This document shows positions 48,801-51,635 of a DNA stretch of 51,635 nucleotides, one piece after another. The translations under genes were made by a program, and so were the position numbers. The stretch comes from Seison nebaliae (taxonomy: Eukaryota), in contig JALJEE010001981.1 in assembly GCA_023231475.1 (NCBI GenBank), positions 1 to 51,635 on the forward strand, in the 5' to 3' direction. A model generated the notes under the pieces. The model worked only from the letters and a program-made list of their open reading frames with translations. It searched no databases and had not been told where the DNA came from. Numbering within the stretch: position 1 is the stretch's first letter; every line of letters starts with the position of its first letter.

Positions 48801-49837
48801 TGTTCAACTGATCGATTCGTTTCTTTTTGATGAAGATAACTTTCAGTTCCATCGCCTACTCCTCCGAATAATTCAGCTGCATATGATAATGATGAGAATT
48901 TTCTTTTATCTTTTCCAATTAATTCGTCAAAACTGGGACAGACATGAATAAAGAGTGGATATAATGGTGCCGTTTCACCTTCATTCCATAACGGATATTG
49001 CCAATGTTTACATTGTTCATAACTTGTGAGATTAGTTGTTGTAGATCGTCGCATTGTATAGAGAGCGAGATATAAAGGAATTCGATCCATTGATAAATCA
49101 TCGGCAAATAAAAGAGGTCGAAGGAAAAGTGTTTGTCGTTTCATTGAAATAATTCGTTGTTTTAGTTGAGCATTCAACGGAAGATTTACAAAGTATTTTT
49201 GTTGATAATGATATGAATTAGAAGTGAATTGAAATAAAAGAATATCGTGAAATTCGTGAAGAAAATATATGAACAATTTCCGAATCTCTAATAAGAAAAG
49301 ACTATTGTCTTCCAACCAAATTTGTCTCCGAACATATAACGTCGCATTATTGTATAAGAGTGCATCATTGTGAATTAATTCTATATTCGCCAACGATAAT
49401 TGTGGGAGTGAATGCATTAAACTTAATGGAACTTCAATAATCGTTTCATAATCTCGACGACGTTCAATGTCACTCACTATTAATTTCTGTAATTCAACTG
49501 TATTTTCCTGATTGATTAGACTGGCAGCGTCGCCTGTTGATTGCGTTTCACCCAATCGATAAATCGATTTTAATTCATCACATCGACGAATAAGCAAATC
49601 TTGCAATTCGTCAATCATTTTAGCGTGTAATTTTATAAATTCGACATCACTCCTCTCCAATAAAATTCGGATGGAATCGAACGAATCTAAATTCAATCTT
49701 GCTGCTTCGCGAAAATGATGAATTCCATCGAATAATTCTTCTTTTGTCGTCGCATCTTTCAATTTCGATGCTAATAATTGTCGGGTTTCTTCACGTGATA
49801 TTAATTTACTCAAATCATGATCAACTTTCTCATTCAT
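45848..49837 (-). CDS. NELFB: Negative elongation factor B (COBRA1), enlarged, 1329 aa, single exon
   Basis: LHAKMIDELQDLLIRRC and LMHSLPQL...LLYNNATLYVRRQIWLEDNSLFLLEI match NELF-B FHQSVFDELRDKLLER and VMKHLPKV...ELYRACAVEVKRQIWQDNQALFGDEV. Confidence 0.85.
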   Translation of the reverse strand: MNEKVDHDLSKLISREETRQLLASKLKDATTKEELFDGIHHFREAARLNLDSFDSIRILLERSDVEFIKLHAKMIDELQDLLIRRCDELKSIYRLGETQSTGDAASLINQENTVELQKLIVSDIERRRDYETIIEVPLSLMHSLPQLSLANIELIHNDALLYNNATLYVRRQIWLEDNSLFLLEIRKLFIYFLHEFHDILLFQFTSNSYHYQQKYFVNLPLNAQLKQRIISMKRQTLFLRPLLFADDLSMDRIPLYLALYTMRRSTTTNLTSYEQCKHWQYPLWNEGETAPLYPLFIHVCPSFDELIGKDKRKFSSLSYAAELFGGVGDGTESYLHQKETNRSVEQQLVNEMRNMHIPKFQYRFICSRENAHISDDSSFLQRRHQQFANAAERRYNQSGVFQNSVTNDVAFGRKLFEYFLVNIQELFYNNRSLPLAELRLDIQQKITDISIDHLIPTPKWKCNHYGLLDNPELLTIHDMNNVSEVFLLPINIGIYHDFSNIDKLNFRRIDVQFQHNLSNLYNIMNEDSLLNGNVLLPTFRNQLSCYYSDLHLVDSQHPDEFHRVVQLLEQCHMERSVSIEHAKQIYSLVIQGMSSQPSSPDKDQMDNYTKQMVLILADSSVVQLLTTSIVNQLVSEPFKLCRYREVLCIQLKLLYMASHFIKHRKVRPRLLQKLRNLETSGFFYKYLSCLHQTFLILTTASELHQENVTTENDIKLLENLFGVQVLVNLERRNNFEFTSIRWRAKLSNMNVVPLIHCMATSLSVLSSFKSVNEKHQEGDNTKGEEESEECDLGNVYGTFVLNDVVLVLIARFLNAQMTIKILDFYIDKISSLTNRSLQFLEGTPLSSLKDKTVINQENTNKQYTSIIFNLLQQLCMTETDVITELTRKQVPQKLSDLFSSLLFEIHAYLSDNDRHSLTSQFILLMHSSFIAPCTTTARDVLIPLIRYYVRKLEKQQKEAKEIFLIEMKKWQIYRGKCEEILLRNFLQQNNNNNNNINFQSLLTSKDGALASSEVEDGEVEDENMKKFETTFTLNKDVAACLWFRERLLIKRRDSVALLIGREKRDERAAAFITLQLNQFNEKLKEIEFNLCQFKEYLKNVGATWEEVHQSFARHTYVYQTLRLPFLHTFIHQYSTLMYVIDPMILFELLIKSHYSSGLLVRNPNYGKDRTHVHLHKRLFDLMQISEQIEPTKSAQTSLINLYRQLMPIVLNEDVIEHIILILCQTHNYDMAATFWFTLNVYRKVQITDIQTEHTHDEMLGEKEYHLPAFLSGNRLAVLRYSLLALWHMYKFHLLEHIRKKHSQLMISPRFMEMSEFRRINHTENLLKMI

Positions 49838-50044
49838 TTTTCACTCAATATTTATTCTTTTCATTTTATTTAATTCAAAATGTTTTACCCAATCTTTACC
49901 CATCCTTTCGAAAATATTCTTTTTTCCGATCTTCTTTTTCCAATTGATACTTTTATCATTTTCAAATTTTTCGGCTTTCCTACAACACTTGAAAATTATC
50001 GATTGATTTTAATATTAATTATTTTCTTCCTCTATATGTACAGC

Positions 50045-50117
50045 GGCTCTGTAGCTTAGCGGTTAAAGCGCCTGTCTTGTAAACAGGAGATCACGAGTTC
50101 AAATCTCGTCAGGGCCT
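50045..50117 (+). tRNA. tRNA-Thr(TGT): tRNA-Thr, anticodon TGT, intronless
   Basis: 73-nt cloverleaf: acceptor GGCTCTG/CAGGGCC, A-box TAGCTTAGCGG, anticodon stem CCTGT-CT-TGT-AA-ACAGG, B-box GTTCAAATC. Confidence 0.97.
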
Positions 50118-50118
50118 A

Positions 50119-50123
50119 TTTTT
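50119..50123 (+). terminator. RNA polymerase III oligo-dT terminator of the tRNA
   Basis: T5 run immediately after the tRNA 3' end. Confidence 0.75.
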
Positions 50124-50760
50124 CCTTAAAATTTTTTCATTTTTCATCCATCATTTATATTCATCTGTATTGCAGATAGACTCCCATAACAAATTATTGT
50201 AGATTATACAATACCATGTTAAATGTCTAAACTGGAACTTACATCTAAAATGGAACAAGAAATGTATCCTAAAACGTATGATTCTCTTTATATTGAAAAG
50301 AAATGGGAAAATGAAGGAATATTTAATTATTTCGCTATTCAAAATTTCGATATAATTCAATTTAATTTTTATTTATCAAGTAATAGCGATTTAAAATAAT
50401 TTATGGTTGGTTCGGAAATGGAAAAATATCACTTTTAAGAAATGCTCAATAATTATCTCGTTTTTAAATTTTGTTTTGTAATTTTTTATTTTTCCGACTT
50501 GACAATTATATTATAAGAACAGAATGAATATTTCGAACTTGGTTAGAAGAGAATCTTGTTTAGTACACAATAAGCATCGCAAGGTTTTAACCAGAACCCT
50601 ACCGTACAAAATCTTTTAAATACCTACTAGCATTTAATAAATTTCTAGAAACATGTGGATTGATCGTAACGTTGATTAAATGTTACTGTAACTAGAATAT
50701 CAACTCAAAACATAAACGGATATTCTACTTTTTGTTCTTATTATTTTTCCGAATCTAGAA

Positions 50761-50940
50761 GTGGAACTCATCCTCTTTTTAATTTTCCGAGCGGAAATCA
50801 TTCTAATTTTTGAGGGAAAGTGACTCTGTTAAAAAAACTTAATACTAAATTTCAGAGAGGAACTCATCCATTTTATTCAGTGCAAAGAGGAACTCACCCA
50901 CTTTATAATAGAATCCACTATTTCAGAGAGTAACTCACTT
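50761..50940. repeat. Degenerate dispersed repeat, ~5 copies of G(A/T)GGAACTCA(T/C)CC-like motif at ~30-66 bp spacing
   Basis: Copies at 50761, 50791, 50857, 50887 and 50928. Confidence 0.6.
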
Positions 50941-51161
50941 CGTTTTTAAAATTGGTGAAATAAGAAAAAATATCTGATGAGGTCCTGATGAAAACATTTA
51001 AATTTGTTTAATTGGTCAATTTTTATTGCATTTTATAATGAGAAAAAATTGGATTTTTTTGGCTAAATAAGCTTACAATATATGAATCAAAATCATCTCG
51101 TAATTTCCTAAAACTAACTAAATATATGTTTGAAAATACATGATAATGGATTGTGTGAAAT

Positions 51162-51203
51162 TTGGCAGTTGTGTAAATTGGCAGTTGTGTAAATTGACAG
51201 TTG
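51162..51203. repeat. Three tandem 16-bp units containing TTG(G/A)CAGTTG
   Basis: Cores at 51162-51171, 51178-51187 and 51194-51203. Confidence 0.8.
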
Positions 51204-51635
51204 TTTTTTTTGCAATTTTTTTTCAACAAAGCTTTTCTTAAGGTAATATTAATCGTAGACACATAATTTAGCCATATTTAGAAAGAGCTTGAATAGTACT
51301 ACAAGATAGTATAAAAATTTTTCAAGTTGGAAAAAAATTTCGTTATAAAAATTGAATTTAAATTTTTAAAAAATTAAAAAAAAACATTTTTTCGAGTTGA
51401 CCAAAATTTTGACCTAAATACATACTCCTAATTTTTCTTCAATTTTTCCCAAAATTTTTTTGGGCATAGAGCGCAGCAGTCCAAACATGCTGCAAAAAAA
51501 AATTTTGAAAAAAAGTTATTATTAAAGAAGTTAGAAAAAGCGGACAATATTAAAAATTGGACAAATTTTTTTCTTCTTTTTTGAAAAGGACAAAAAAAAT
51601 CTCGTTCTTCTTATCTTTTCAAAGATATTATACTC

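Noticed and set aside
50761..50940. CRISPR-like repeat-spacer appearance
   Set aside because: Eukaryotic context, short degenerate repeats, irregular spacers and no cas genes.
50974..51010. Hammerhead-like core CTGATGA...GAAA
   Set aside because: Stem II and stem I cannot be formed; only a weak AU-rich stem III.
51473..51493. GCAGCA/TGCTGC hairpin (Helitron 3' end?)
   Set aside because: No CTRR terminus at the expected distance; a 6-bp stem alone is insufficient.

Overview
AT-rich, gene-dense eukaryotic (metazoan invertebrate) genomic DNA with very short spliceosomal introns (mostly 43-76 nt). The style resembles miniaturised spiralian genomes such as Seison, but that is an unverified guess. 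I reconstructed about 13 protein genes by hand-splicing: an InaF-motif protein, COQ9, an SPFH/band-7 protein, DOP1/Dopey, a MyoD-family myogenic bHLH factor, a greatly enlarged rapsyn, a divergent rhodopsin-class GPCR, a type I membrane protein with GNNGTGRD repeats, a CUB+LDLa-like membrane protein, a doubled-length MARCH6/Doa10, a small single-pass orphan, MIC19/CHCHD3 and NELF-B. There is also one tRNA-Thr(UGU). I saw no transposase/RT ORFs, CRISPR or rRNA. The most notable observations are: (1) MyoD directly followed by a ~1850-aa rapsyn with a split RING-H2, an ~870-aa tail and a stop/start-overlapping uORF, near a CUB-LDLa membrane protein; (2) 5' splice sites dominated by GTT rather than GTR; (3) in-frame inflation of conserved proteins alongside tiny, 3'-clustered introns; (4) an unlisted minus-strand micro-ORF/terminal exon carrying a KEN box plus a D-box. 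All family assignments come from recalled motifs, not database searches.
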